NCBI GenBank assembly: GCA_947589365.1
Contig: CANQAJ010000001.1
Location: forward strand, 11,605-75,604
DNA length: 64,000 nucleotides
Direction of reading: 5' to 3'
Origin: an uncultured Clostridia bacterium
GTDB lineage: Bacteria > Bacillota > Clostridia > Oscillospirales > Acutalibacteraceae
Each line of letters opens with the position of its first letter. The first letter of the stretch is position 1. Both the position numbers and the translations under genes were made by a program. The notes under the pieces are model-generated. The model worked only from the letters and a program-made list of their open reading frames with translations, had not been told where the DNA came from and made no database searches. This document shows positions 29,294 through 38,707 of the stretch, in pieces.

Positions 29294-29378
29294 AATTATT
29301 TTTCTCCTACCCGGTTAATAATTCCAAAAATCTGTTTTTCTCTGTATTCGTTCACTGATTGTATATTCGTCATGATTC

Positions 29379-29801
29379 CTATATAAAAAAATCTGATATG
29401 ATATAGGCAAGCATCGGAAAACCGAATATGATACCGAATATGATATAGTATACTATCGGTACGATGAGCAATCCTCCTGCTGCACTAATACAAGATCCGA
29501 TTTTTTTATATTTAGTTTTTTTATTTATGATTGTTCCTGCAACAATCGAAAGTATTCCCAATAATATCGATAATGCCGGTAAAAACAATCCTTGCGAAGT
29601 ATACAGCCATTTATAAAATAGAAATGCGACAAAAATTAATATCGGAGCAGCCATCAAGCCTCCAAACAAACTTATACAAAATCCGGTTTTTTTATATTTT
29701 GTTTTTCCGTTTATAATTTTTCCCGCAACAACCATGAGTATTCCGAATAATGTCAATAAAAACCATCCGACCGGAACAATCATCAAATCTCTAAAAACCA
29801 C
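29379..29801 (-). CDS. Small 4-TM membrane protein, internally duplicated (paralog 2)
   Basis: The protein is 140 aa with two repeats of a hydrophobic hairpin around INxKTKYKK(T/I)G. The GTG start lies 6 nt after GGGAGG, which is homologous to the start context of paralog 1. Confidence 0.6.
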   Translation of the reverse strand: MVFRDLMIVPVGWFLLTLFGILMVVAGKIINGKTKYKKTGFCISLFGGLMAAPILIFVAFLFYKWLYTSQGLFLPALSILLGILSIVAGTIINKKTKYKKIGSCISAAGGLLIVPIVYYIIFGIIFGFPMLAYIISDFFI

Positions 29802-29804
29802 AAC

Positions 29805-29849
29805 TTACCTCCCTGTGTTATGAAACGTTGATGTTTTCCTTTTTGACAT
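29805..29849 (-). pseudogene. Duplication-junction relic: parC start fused to the parE 3' end
   Basis: The minus strand reads ATGTCAAAAAGGAAAACATCAACGTTTCATAACACAGGGAGGTAA. The first 6 codons, MSKRKT, copy the parC start MAKRKT together with its upstream RBS region. The last 22 nt, GTTTCATAACACAGGGAGGTAA, copy the parE stop region. Confidence 0.75.
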
Positions 29850-29915
29850 AATTATTTTTCTCCAACCCGGTTAATAATTCCAAAAATCCGTTTTTCTCAG
29901 TATTCGTCATAATGC

Positions 29916-30287
29916 CTATGTAAAAAAATCGAATATGGCAGCGATTAACATCGGTACGGCAATCAAGCCTCCTAATGCACCTGTAAAAGATCCGATTTTT
30001 TTATATTTTGTTTTTTTATTTATGATTATTCCTGCAACAGCCAAAAGTATTCCCGATAATATCGGTAAAAACCAGCCTGCCGTATTATACAGCCGGATAT
30101 AAAATTGAACTGCGACAAAGACTAACATCGGAGCGGCCATCAAGCCTCCCAAAACACTTATACAAAATCCGGTTTTTTTATATTTTGTTTTTTTGTTTAT
30201 GATTTTTCCTGCAACAACCAAAAGTATGCCGAATAATGTCAATAAAAACCATCCGATTATAATAATCAGTAAACCTATAAAAGCCAT
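29916..30287 (-). CDS. Small 4-TM membrane protein, internally duplicated (paralog 1)
   Basis: The protein is 123 aa. Its two halves are GWFLLTLFGILLVVAGKIINKKTKYKKTGFCISVLGGLMAAPML and GWFLPILSGILLAVAGIIINKKTKYKKIGSFTGALGGLIAVPML. GGGAGG lies 6 nt upstream of the ATG. Confidence 0.6.
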   Translation of the reverse strand: MAFIGLLIIIIGWFLLTLFGILLVVAGKIINKKTKYKKTGFCISVLGGLMAAPMLVFVAVQFYIRLYNTAGWFLPILSGILLAVAGIIINKKTKYKKIGSFTGALGGLIAVPMLIAAIFDFFT

Positions 30288-30303
30288 AATTTACCTCCCT
30301 GTG

Positions 30304-32292
30304 TTATGAAACATCAAGGTCGTCAATATACTTAGCTCCGTTTTCAATTATATAATCCCTTCTCACGGCAAGATTATCACCTAAAAGTATATCGAACATT
30401 TCAGATGTCATCGCCGCATCATCGGGCATAACCTTGATAAGTCGGCGTGTATCGGGGTTCATTGTTGTAAGGCTCATCATATCGGGTTCATTTTCACCGA
30501 GTCCCTTTGAACGCTGTATCGTAAATTTTTCTTTTCCTATTTCCTTTATAAATTTCTCCTTTTCCGCTTCGGTATAAGCAAAATATACCTTATCCTTTGA
30601 GGTTATCTCATAAAGCGGTGATTCGGCAATAAATACCTTGCCCTCTCTTATAAGTGTCGGTGCAAGACGGTATATCATTGTAAGCAGAAGTGTACGTATA
30701 TGAAAGCCGTCAACGTCGGCATCCGTGCAAAGTATTATCTTATTCCACCTTAAAAGCTCCATATCAAATGATGCAAGATCCTTGTTCGCCTTGGATTTTA
30801 CCTCTACTCCGCAGCCGAGTACTTTCAGCAAATCAGTTATGATTTCACTTTTGAATATTTTATTGTAATCAGCTTTAAGGCAGTTCAGTATCTTACCTCT
30901 TATCGGCATTATAGCCTGAAAATCAGGATTTCTCGCCTGCTTACAGGCACCGAGAGCGGAGTCACCCTCAACTATGAACAGCTCACGCTCACTTTTATCC
31001 TTGCTGCGGCAATCGACAAATTTTGCCACTCTGCCTGTCATATCCATATTTCCGGCAAGTGTTTTCTTTATGTTGAGCCTTGTCTTTTCCGCACTTTCAC
31101 GGCTTCTTTTATTTATAAGCACCTGAGCGGCAATCTTGTCCGCATCAAGCTTATTCTCTATAAAATATACCTCAAGCTGATGACGCAGATACTCCGTCAT
31201 AGCATCCTGTATACCCTTGTTTGTTATCGCCTTTTTAGTCTGATTTTCATATGATGTAACGCTTGAAAAAGACGAAATTACTATAACAAGACAGTCCTTT
31301 ACATCCTCTATATTTATCTTTGCTTCATTTTTTGAATATTTTCCGTTTGCCTTGAGATATGAATCTATCGCATATACAAATGCATTTTTCACCGCCTTTT
31401 CGGGTGCGCCGCCGTATTCGAGCCATGACGAATTGTGATAGTATTCCGCTGTACTTATCTTATTCGAGAATGCAAGTGCAATATTTATTTTTGTTTTATA
31501 TTCGGGCTTATCCTCACGGTCACGAACCATTCTTTCGGTCTGCCAATACTGCACCGAGGATATACCGTCCTCACCGATAAGCTCTTTTACATGATCCTCG
31601 ATACCGTTTTCATATATAAATTCCTGCTCTTCAAAGCCGCCCTCCGTTTTCTCCGAGCGGTACAGGAAGAGAATACCGGCATTCACTATCGCCTGCCGCT
31701 TTATTGTATCAATAAAGTATTCATCAGTGATATTTATATCGGTAAATACCTCGATATCGGGCTTCCACTTAATTTTTGTTCCCGTTTTCTTACCGGTATA
31801 TTTTTCCTTTTTAAGCCCTCCGACATTCTCCCCATGCTCAAATTCAAGTTTGAAAAGAGTTCCGTCGCGGCGTATTTCAACATTCATATATTCCGAAGAA
31901 TACTGTGTTGAGCAAAGTCCCAGACCGTTAAGACCGAGGGAAAACTCATAGCTTTCGGCTTCGCTGTTATTATACTTACCGCCTGCATAAAGCTCACAGA
32001 AAACAAGCTCCCAGTTATACCTTTCCTCATTTTTATTGTAATCAACGGGTATTCCCCTGCCGAAATCCTCAATTTCAATCGAATGGTCGGCATATTTTGT
32101 AATTATAATTTTTTTGCCGTAACCCTCTCTTGCCTCGTCAATGGAATTTGAAAGTATCTCAAATGCGGAATGCTGACATCCCTCTATTCCGTCCGAACCG
32201 AATATAACTGCCGGACGCTTTCTTACTCTGTCGGCACCCTTGAGGGAGCTTATACTTTCATTTCCGTATTCCTGTGTACCTTTCTTTGCCAA
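30304..32292 (-). CDS. parE: Type IIA topoisomerase subunit B (ParE / topoisomerase IV-like)
   Basis: A GHKL ATPase N-terminus, the Toprim motif LFIVEGDSALG, PIRGKILN and DADVDGFHI are present. Confidence 0.88.
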   Translation of the reverse strand: MAKKGTQEYGNESISSLKGADRVRKRPAVIFGSDGIEGCQHSAFEILSNSIDEAREGYGKKIIITKYADHSIEIEDFGRGIPVDYNKNEERYNWELVFCELYAGGKYNNSEAESYEFSLGLNGLGLCSTQYSSEYMNVEIRRDGTLFKLEFEHGENVGGLKKEKYTGKKTGTKIKWKPDIEVFTDINITDEYFIDTIKRQAIVNAGILFLYRSEKTEGGFEEQEFIYENGIEDHVKELIGEDGISSVQYWQTERMVRDREDKPEYKTKINIALAFSNKISTAEYYHNSSWLEYGGAPEKAVKNAFVYAIDSYLKANGKYSKNEAKINIEDVKDCLVIVISSFSSVTSYENQTKKAITNKGIQDAMTEYLRHQLEVYFIENKLDADKIAAQVLINKRSRESAEKTRLNIKKTLAGNMDMTGRVAKFVDCRSKDKSERELFIVEGDSALGACKQARNPDFQAIMPIRGKILNCLKADYNKIFKSEIITDLLKVLGCGVEVKSKANKDLASFDMELLRWNKIILCTDADVDGFHIRTLLLTMIYRLAPTLIREGKVFIAESPLYEITSKDKVYFAYTEAEKEKFIKEIGKEKFTIQRSKGLGENEPDMMSLTTMNPDTRRLIKVMPDDAAMTSEMFDILLGDNLAVRRDYIIENGAKYIDDLDVS

Positions 32293-32327
32293 TGTTTTTT
32301 CCCCTTTTCATATATGTAAATTGTAAT

Positions 32328-33308
32328 TCAATACTTTTCTATAATGCTTTTGAAATAATTAAGCATCCAGTTTTCAAAGGTCATATTGTATAGATGTACT
32401 CTGTCATCAATACTGAATGTAAATGCGGCAACCTGTCCCTTATATTTTCCTGAGCAAATAAGATAAACGGAATTTTTGCCGTCCTCTGAGGAGCATATTT
32501 CAATAAGTCCGTTATACAGTTCTGTTGAAATTCGGCTGTAATCCCCTCCGCTTGCATATGCCTGTCCTAAATTTTCATACCACTCAAACCATTTTTCCTC
32601 ATCCTCGGCAAAATCTATAACAGGGGAAATTCCTTCAATAGTATAGGTTATTTCATGGTAATCCTGCCTTGTCCTTATCATGGCATAGCTGCATTTTATC
32701 GGAGAATGACACAGGTAATTATTCAGCTCAACCTCGTCAAGCGAATAAAGACCGCCCTCCGGACCTGCTCCGCCGTTTCCTACCTGTGTAAGATAATTGA
32801 CATAACCCACGGGAAGCTCTATTTTATGCTTTTCCTCAAAGCTCTTAATCATTGATATCGGTGCAACGGGAGAAAATCTGTATTTATGCTTATGTGCACC
32901 GTATTCATTCAACTTATTATCATGCTCCCTTGCTTTGTTTGCAAGTCCGATAAGCTGTAATGAAAATGAAGAAAGCTTTGGCAGCTCAGGCTCAGCAATA
33001 CGCTTTATACTGTCAAGTCCTGTAATGCTGTGCTGTTCAACCGATATATTAATATTCTCAAAGGTAAGCTCCTCTTTTTCCGCACGCTTAATTTCTTCCT
33101 CCTCGGAAACATCTTCCCTGATATCATCCTCATCCTCGACAGGCCGTATCATATCAAGACCCTCGATATCAACCTTATTATTTTCCTCTATCTTTTTAAT
33201 TTTGTCAAGACCTGTAATATCGGATTTTTCAATATTTTTATTTTTTTCATGCATTTCATTATCACTCCCGAATTTTAAAAAACTTTCCCGTAATTTTCCT
33301 GTTGTCAC
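32328..33308 (-). CDS. SMI1/KNR4 (SUKH-1) family protein with an acidic repeat-containing N-terminal extension
   Basis: The C-terminal ~200 aa carry the SUKH signature FEEKHKIELPVGYVNYLTQVGNGGAG. The N-terminal ~120 aa contain three GLDxI(K/R) motifs: ITGLDKIKKI, IEGLDMIRPV and ITGLDSIKRI. Confidence 0.65.
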   Translation of the reverse strand: MTTGKLRESFLKFGSDNEMHEKNKNIEKSDITGLDKIKKIEENNKVDIEGLDMIRPVEDEDDIREDVSEEEEIKRAEKEELTFENINISVEQHSITGLDSIKRIAEPELPKLSSFSLQLIGLANKAREHDNKLNEYGAHKHKYRFSPVAPISMIKSFEEKHKIELPVGYVNYLTQVGNGGAGPEGGLYSLDEVELNNYLCHSPIKCSYAMIRTRQDYHEITYTIEGISPVIDFAEDEEKWFEWYENLGQAYASGGDYSRISTELYNGLIEICSSEDGKNSVYLICSGKYKGQVAAFTFSIDDRVHLYNMTFENWMLNYFKSIIEKY

Positions 33309-33321
33309 TTTTATTTCATAA

Positions 33322-35280
33322 TTAATTCCCCTGAAGCTCCTTTATTTTATCACGGAGATATGCTGCGTGTTCAAATTCAAGCAGCTTTGCCGCAGCTTTC
33401 ATTTCCTTTGTCAGCTGTGCAATAAGCTTTTCCCTCTCTGCCTTGCTAAGCTTTGTCTTACCCCTGAGCTTTTTATCACTCCTTGTGGATATCTCTATGA
33501 TATCGCTTACCTTTTTCGTTATTGTTTTCGGAGTAATACCATGCTCTTCGTTATATTTCATCTGTATTGCACGGCGGCGTTCCGTTTCGGTTATGGCTTT
33601 TTCCATAGATTCCGTAACCTCATCGGCATACATAATCACCGTACCCTCGGCATTTCTTGCAGCTCTGCCTATCGTCTGTATAAGCGAGCGTTCACTTCGG
33701 AGAAATCCTTCCTTATCGGCATCAAGTATCGCAACAAGAGAAACTTCGGGAATATCAAGACCCTCACGCAAAAGGTTTATTCCGACAAGAACATCAAATT
33801 CTCCGAGCCGCAAATCTCTTATTATCTCCATTCTCTCAACTGTATCTATATCATGGTGCATATATCTTATCTTTATACCCATGGTTGTAAGGTAATCCGT
33901 AAGATCCTCCGCCATTTTCTTTGTAAGAGTCGTTACAAGCACCTTCTGCTTTTTTTCCGTGCGTATATTTATCTCCGATATAAGGTCGTCCATCTGTCCC
34001 TCAACGGGTCGGACGCTTATCTCGGGGTCAAGAAGTCCTGTCGGTCTTATAACCTGCTCCGTTACTTTTCCGCTTTTTTCAAGCTCAAAATCTCCGGGAG
34101 TTGCACTTACAAAAATAACCTGATTTATTCTTTTATAAAATTCATCAAAATTGAGCGGTCTGTTGTCATATGCGGACGGCAGTCTGAAACCGTATTCCAC
34201 AAGATTTTCCTTTCTCCCTCTGTCGCCGCCGTACATTCCCCTTACCTGCGGCAGCATTACATGGGATTCGTCAACAAACAGCAGATAATCCTCGGGAAAA
34301 TAATCAAGAAGCGTATACGGAACACTTCCCGGCTTTCTTCCCGAAAGCACACGGGAATAATTTTCAATTCCGCTGCAAAAGCCTATTTCCCTGAGCATTT
34401 CTATATCATATCTTGTACGCTGCTCTATTCTTTGTGCTTCAAGAAGCTTTCCCCTGTCCTTAAAGAATTTTATTCTTTCCTCAAGCTCCTTTTCTATCTC
34501 CTTTATGGCAATTTCTATTTTTTCCTTTGGTACAATATAGTGTGACGCCGGATATATTGCCGCATGACGAAGGTCTGCCCTGCGTTCTCCCGTCATGGGG
34601 TTTATTTCGCTTATCCTGTCTATTTCATCTCCGAAAAACTCTACTCTTATTACGGAATCGGCAGAAGCTGCGGGGAAAATCTCCACAACATCACCCCGTA
34701 CACGGAATTTATTTCTTGTGAAATCGACATCATTTCTTTCGTACTGGAGTTCTATAAGCTTTTTGAGAAGTTCATTTCTCGGTTTTTCCATGCCCGGACG
34801 GAGGGAAATTACCATATTACGATAATCAATAGGGTTACCGAGAGAATATATACAGGATACGCTTGCAACTATTATTACATCACGTCTTTCGGACAGAGCA
34901 AGTGTTGCGGAGTGTCGGAGCTTATCTATTTCGTCATTTATCGCACTGTCTTTTTCTATATAGGTATCCGTCGTAGGTACATATGCCTCGGGCTGGTAAT
35001 AATCATAATAGGAAACAAAATATTCAACCGCATTGTCAGGGAAAAACTCACGAAATTCGGAGCAAAGCTGTGCCGCAAGGGTTTTGTTGTGTGCAAGAAC
35101 CAGTGTGGGTCGGTTAAGCTGTGCAATAACATTCGCCATTGTAAAGGTTTTTCCCGAGCCTGTAACACCGAGCAGTGTCTGTTCCCTGTTTCCTGCCCTC
35201 ACACCCTCGACAAGCTCCGCTATAGCATTTGGCTGATCTCCCGTAGGTTTATAATCCGACACAAGCTTAAACTTATCCAT
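33322..35280 (-). CDS. uvrB: Excinuclease ABC subunit B
   Basis: Walker A ([10 protein letters not shown]), helicase motifs and a C-terminal UVR domain ([20 protein letters not shown]) are present. Confidence 0.97.
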   Translation of the reverse strand: MDKFKLVSDYKPTGDQPNAIAELVEGVRAGNREQTLLGVTGSGKTFTMANVIAQLNRPTLVLAHNKTLAAQLCSEFREFFPDNAVEYFVSYYDYYQPEAYVPTTDTYIEKDSAINDEIDKLRHSATLALSERRDVIIVASVSCIYSLGNPIDYRNMVISLRPGMEKPRNELLKKLIELQYERNDVDFTRNKFRVRGDVVEIFPAASADSVIRVEFFGDEIDRISEINPMTGERRADLRHAAIYPASHYIVPKEKIEIAIKEIEKELEERIKFFKDRGKLLEAQRIEQRTRYDIEMLREIGFCSGIENYSRVLSGRKPGSVPYTLLDYFPEDYLLFVDESHVMLPQVRGMYGGDRGRKENLVEYGFRLPSAYDNRPLNFDEFYKRINQVIFVSATPGDFELEKSGKVTEQVIRPTGLLDPEISVRPVEGQMDDLISEINIRTEKKQKVLVTTLTKKMAEDLTDYLTTMGIKIRYMHHDIDTVERMEIIRDLRLGEFDVLVGINLLREGLDIPEVSLVAILDADKEGFLRSERSLIQTIGRAARNAEGTVIMYADEVTESMEKAITETERRRAIQMKYNEEHGITPKTITKKVSDIIEISTRSDKKLRGKTKLSKAEREKLIAQLTKEMKAAAKLLEFEHAAYLRDKIKELQGN

Positions 35281-35303
35281 AACTGCACCCCATTTCGTTT
35301 TTA

Positions 35304-35780
35304 CTACTTTTCTTTAATACGCTTACCTGTGATATGCTCTATGGTAAGCTCCAGACATTGTACATTATTTCCGTGTTTTTTTATTTCATTCTCCGTATAT
35401 TCATTATCATCAATAAATTTGTACATAATTCTGCGGCAGATATCAAGAGCCCTGTCATGCTCATCAATAATTTTTATCCTGCCGAAAACTATAATGCTTC
35501 TGAAATTGAGGTACCATTCTCCGTCATTCCTGTATCCGTCATCATATACACAGAACGATGCCTTATCACAATATTTTATCGCATCCGTCTTATGCCCTTC
35601 CTTACTGCCATGAAAGCAGATGGTTCCGCTTTCCTCGCAATAAACATAATTAATCGGAAGTCCGTATGGGTAACCGTCTTCACCCAAAAGGGAAAGTACC
35701 CCTCTTTTCTGTTTTTTCAGTACTTCAATACACTCTTCGTTCGTAAGCTGCTGTTTGAATCTCCTCATTTTTTTGAACAT
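35304..35780 (-). CDS. Pyridoxamine 5'-phosphate oxidase family (flavin-binding split-barrel, NimA-like) protein
   Basis: The N-terminus [43 protein letters not shown] is typical of this family. Confidence 0.75.
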   Translation of the reverse strand: MFKKMRRFKQQLTNEECIEVLKKQKRGVLSLLGEDGYPYGLPINYVYCEESGTICFHGSKEGHKTDAIKYCDKASFCVYDDGYRNDGEWYLNFRSIIVFGRIKIIDEHDRALDICRRIMYKFIDDNEYTENEIKKHGNNVQCLELTIEHITGKRIKEK

Positions 35781-35796
35781 ATTATAACCTCATTAA

Positions 35797-37020
35797 TTAT
35801 TTATTTTCTTCCCTCTTTTTTCTGAGAACGGAACCGGCCGGTATCTCGGTAATGCCCGGAAAAATTACTTTCTGCATTGCATGGGGAGCAACCTCTATCT
35901 TTTCTCCCCTGTCATTCTCCATACAGTCAACCGTCACCTCAAACGGCATTCCGCTCGGAGGAAGAACATCGAGTGTGTCACCTGCAAAAAATCTGTTTCT
36001 CTGTGTCAGATATGCGGTATTATCCTTATATTCATCGCACACCGCCACAACATCATAATGACGTATATATCCGCCGTTATCGGTTACCTGTCCCGGTTCC
36101 CCGCCAAAGAAAAAGCCTGTGCTGTATTCCCTGTGACTTACCTTTTCAAGTTCTTCCCTTATCCACGGTGACAGCGGCTTTTTCCCGTCATATTCTATAC
36201 ATTCGTCTATCGCATGACGGTATGCGTTCGTAATAACGGAAACATAATACGCCGATTTAGCCCTGCCCTCGATTTTCAGGCTGTTTACTCCCGCCTTTAT
36301 AAGCTCGGGAATATGCTCAATCATACACAAATCACGGGAATTATACAGAAATGTGCCGTTTTCGTTTTCCTCAACCGGAAAATACTGTCCCTCCCTATGT
36401 TCCTCATAAAGATGATATTTCCAGCGGCACGGCTGGGCACAATCGCCCCTGTTTGCATCTCTGCCTGTCATATAGCTTGAAATAAGACATCTCCCGGAAA
36501 ACGAAACGCACATCGAACCGTGAACAAAGGCTTCTATCTCGAGAGAGTCCGGAATTTTTGCACGGATATCCGCTATCTCATCAAGGCTCAGTTCTCTTGC
36601 AAGCACCACCCTTGTTGCACCGGATTCATACAGAAACCGTGCCGTTTGATAATTTACTATACCGGATTGTGTTGAAACATGACGTTCTACCCCCGGGGCA
36701 TATTTTGCAGCCATTGACATTACCCCGAGGTCAGCGATAATAAATGCATCCGCACCTGCCTCCTGCACAGCCTTCAGAAATTCGGGTAATCTTTCTATCT
36801 CATCATTTCTCGGAAGCGTGTTGCAGGTGACATATACCTTTACATTTCTTTGATGTGCTTTTTCTACCGCCGTCTTAAGCTCAGCCGGATCGAAATTTTT
36901 TGATGCCGTACGCATACCGAATTCCGTACCGGCAAGATATACGGCATCTGCTCCGAAATTAACAGCACCGTCAAGACATTCCGGATCTCCGGCAGGAGCA
37001 AGAAGCTCAGGTTTATACAT
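35797..37020 (-). CDS. Peptidase U32 family protein
   Basis: The U32 signature EAFVHGSMCVSFSGRCLISS is present, and the N-terminus MYKPELLAPAG is typical. Confidence 0.9.
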   Translation of the reverse strand: MYKPELLAPAGDPECLDGAVNFGADAVYLAGTEFGMRTASKNFDPAELKTAVEKAHQRNVKVYVTCNTLPRNDEIERLPEFLKAVQEAGADAFIIADLGVMSMAAKYAPGVERHVSTQSGIVNYQTARFLYESGATRVVLARELSLDEIADIRAKIPDSLEIEAFVHGSMCVSFSGRCLISSYMTGRDANRGDCAQPCRWKYHLYEEHREGQYFPVEENENGTFLYNSRDLCMIEHIPELIKAGVNSLKIEGRAKSAYYVSVITNAYRHAIDECIEYDGKKPLSPWIREELEKVSHREYSTGFFFGGEPGQVTDNGGYIRHYDVVAVCDEYKDNTAYLTQRNRFFAGDTLDVLPPSGMPFEVTVDCMENDRGEKIEVAPHAMQKVIFPGITEIPAGSVLRKKREENK

Positions 37021-37360
37021 ATATTATCCCTCCGCCATTTTATCTGAATTTCTTACTTTTCTCTGTATTATATCATTAATGCAGATGAATTGCAATGAAA
37101 AATAGCATTATTCAATATTTCGGGTTTATATATACAATAAATTGCATACTCGTATATTTATAGTCAAAATCACATTAAGCCATGTTAAAAACTCATATAT
37201 GTAAAATATAATTTCCCGTATATTAATTTCTAACCAAAAAAGTAAGTACTTTTTATCGGATTATGGGTTATTTTTTGTATCAAAAATTTATAGAAAAAAG
37301 GCGTTTCCGTTAAGTTTCATAATTTTTTATATAGAAAATAATAAAAATTTAATAAAACAG

Positions 37361-37389
37361 TTGCATTTTCAATCTGTTTTGTGTAAAAT
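37361..37389 (+). promoter_or_regulatory. Candidate promoter for the PucR-like regulator gene
   Basis: TTGCAT (37361-37366), a 17 nt spacer, then TAAAAT (37384-37389). This would leave a leader of about 100 nt containing a hairpin (gtgtgcc / ggtacac). Confidence 0.45.
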
Positions 37390-37497
37390 GTATATAGGGA
37401 CTTTGTGTGCCTGTGTTTTCGGTTGATTTCCGTATTCTCGGTACACAGACATTTTATAAAATCTTAATATTTCTATTACAAAGTGAGGGAACAGAAT

Positions 37498-38583
37498 ATG
37501 TCCAACAGATTATTTCAAGGTGTTATACACCAGATGAGAGATACCATAGACAGAACAATAGGCGTAATTGATGAAACCTCTGTGGTTATCGCGTGCAGTG
37601 AACTCGGGAAGATCGGTGAGGTTAATGAGCATATAACCTCGGAAATGCTGACATCTGCGGCTCCTTTCGTTCTTAACGGGTATACATATAAGTCTTTCGG
37701 AAACAACCCGAGAAATGAGTATGCCGTTTTTGTTGCGGGAAATGATTATGCCGCACAGAAGTATGCCGCTATACTTGCCATTTCTCTCGGAAGCATCAAG
37801 CAGTATTACGATGAAAAATACGACAGAGGAAATTTTATCAAGAATGTAATTCTTGATAATATTCTCCCCGGGGATATCTACCTGAAATCAAGAGAGCTTA
37901 AATTCAATTCCGATGTAACGAGAGTGTGTATGCTTATAAAAATATCCTCAAAAACGGATATTTCCGCCTATGATGTAATTCAGAACCTCTTCCCCGATAA
38001 GGCAAAGGATTTTGTTATTAATATCAATGAAACAGATATAGCACTTGTCAAGGAAATAAAGCAGGATATAGATTCAAAGGATCTCGAAAAGCTTGCAAGC
38101 TCTATTGTCGATACGCTTTCGGGAGAATTTTATACGCACTGTGTAATCGGTATAGGTACACCTGTAACAGGTATCAAGGATCTTGCACGTTCCTTTAAGG
38201 AGGCTCAGGTTGCTCTTGAGGTGGGTAAGGTATTCGATACGGAACGTTCTATTGTGAATTATGATAAGCTCGGAATAGCAAGACTTATTTATCAGCTCCC
38301 GACAACTCTTTGTGATATGTTCCTTAAGGAAGTGTTTAAGAGGGGTTCTATCGAATCGCTTGATCAGGAAACTTTGTTTACGATACAGCGTTTCTTTGAA
38401 AATAATCTTAATGTTTCGGAAACCTCAAGAAAGCTCTTTGTACACAGAAATACGCTTGTATACAGACTTGAAAAGATTAAAAAGCTTACCGGTCTTGATC
38501 TGAGAGAATTTGAGGATGCAATAATTTTCAAGGTAGCACTTATGGTTAAAAAATATCTTTCTTCCAATCCGATAAAATATTGA
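37498..38583 (+). CDS. PucR/CdaR-family transcriptional regulator
   Basis: The C-terminal PucR-type HTH is SETSRKLFVHRNTLVYRLEKIKKLTGLDLREFEDA. ATG 37498 is preceded by GTGAGGGA. Confidence 0.8.
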   Translation: MSNRLFQGVIHQMRDTIDRTIGVIDETSVVIACSELGKIGEVNEHITSEMLTSAAPFVLNGYTYKSFGNNPRNEYAVFVAGNDYAAQKYAAILAISLGSIKQYYDEKYDRGNFIKNVILDNILPGDIYLKSRELKFNSDVTRVCMLIKISSKTDISAYDVIQNLFPDKAKDFVININETDIALVKEIKQDIDSKDLEKLASSIVDTLSGEFYTHCVIGIGTPVTGIKDLARSFKEAQVALEVGKVFDTERSIVNYDKLGIARLIYQLPTTLCDMFLKEVFKRGSIESLDQETLFTIQRFFENNLNVSETSRKLFVHRNTLVYRLEKIKKLTGLDLREFEDAIIFKVALMVKKYLSSNPIKY

Positions 38584-38652
38584 GAACTCGGGGAGCCTGT
38601 CACGGCTCTCCTTTGCTTTGAACCTGTTTTTTATAAATTGATACATTTATGT

Positions 38653-38681
38653 TTGACGTCACGGACAATATATTGTATAAT
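38653..38681 (+). promoter_or_regulatory. Sigma-A-type promoter for ftsEX
   Basis: TTGACG (38653-38658), a 17 nt spacer, then TATAAT (38676-38681). Confidence 0.6.
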
Positions 38682-38707
38682 GGACTATAGAAAGGTTTGC
38701 GATATAA

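Larger units (their letters stand above)
29272..30312. repeat. Tandem duplication (two units of about 485-555 bp) between parE and parC
   Basis: Unit 29828-30312 is homologous to unit 29272-29826. Each contains the parE stop/RBS segment, a small membrane gene, and the parC upstream region with the first parC codons. The copies have diverged by substitutions and indels. Confidence 0.8.

Noticed and set aside
33367-35613. Two very long plus-strand ORFs (392 aa at 33367-34545 and 349 aa at 34564-35613) lie opposite uvrB and the PNPOx-family gene.
   Set aside because: They are antisense to an unambiguous UvrB (Walker A, helicase motifs, UVR domain). Their translations are Phe/Ile/Tyr/Cys/Arg/Lys-rich with no motifs or RBS. 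I treat them as stop-free antisense frames, not genes.
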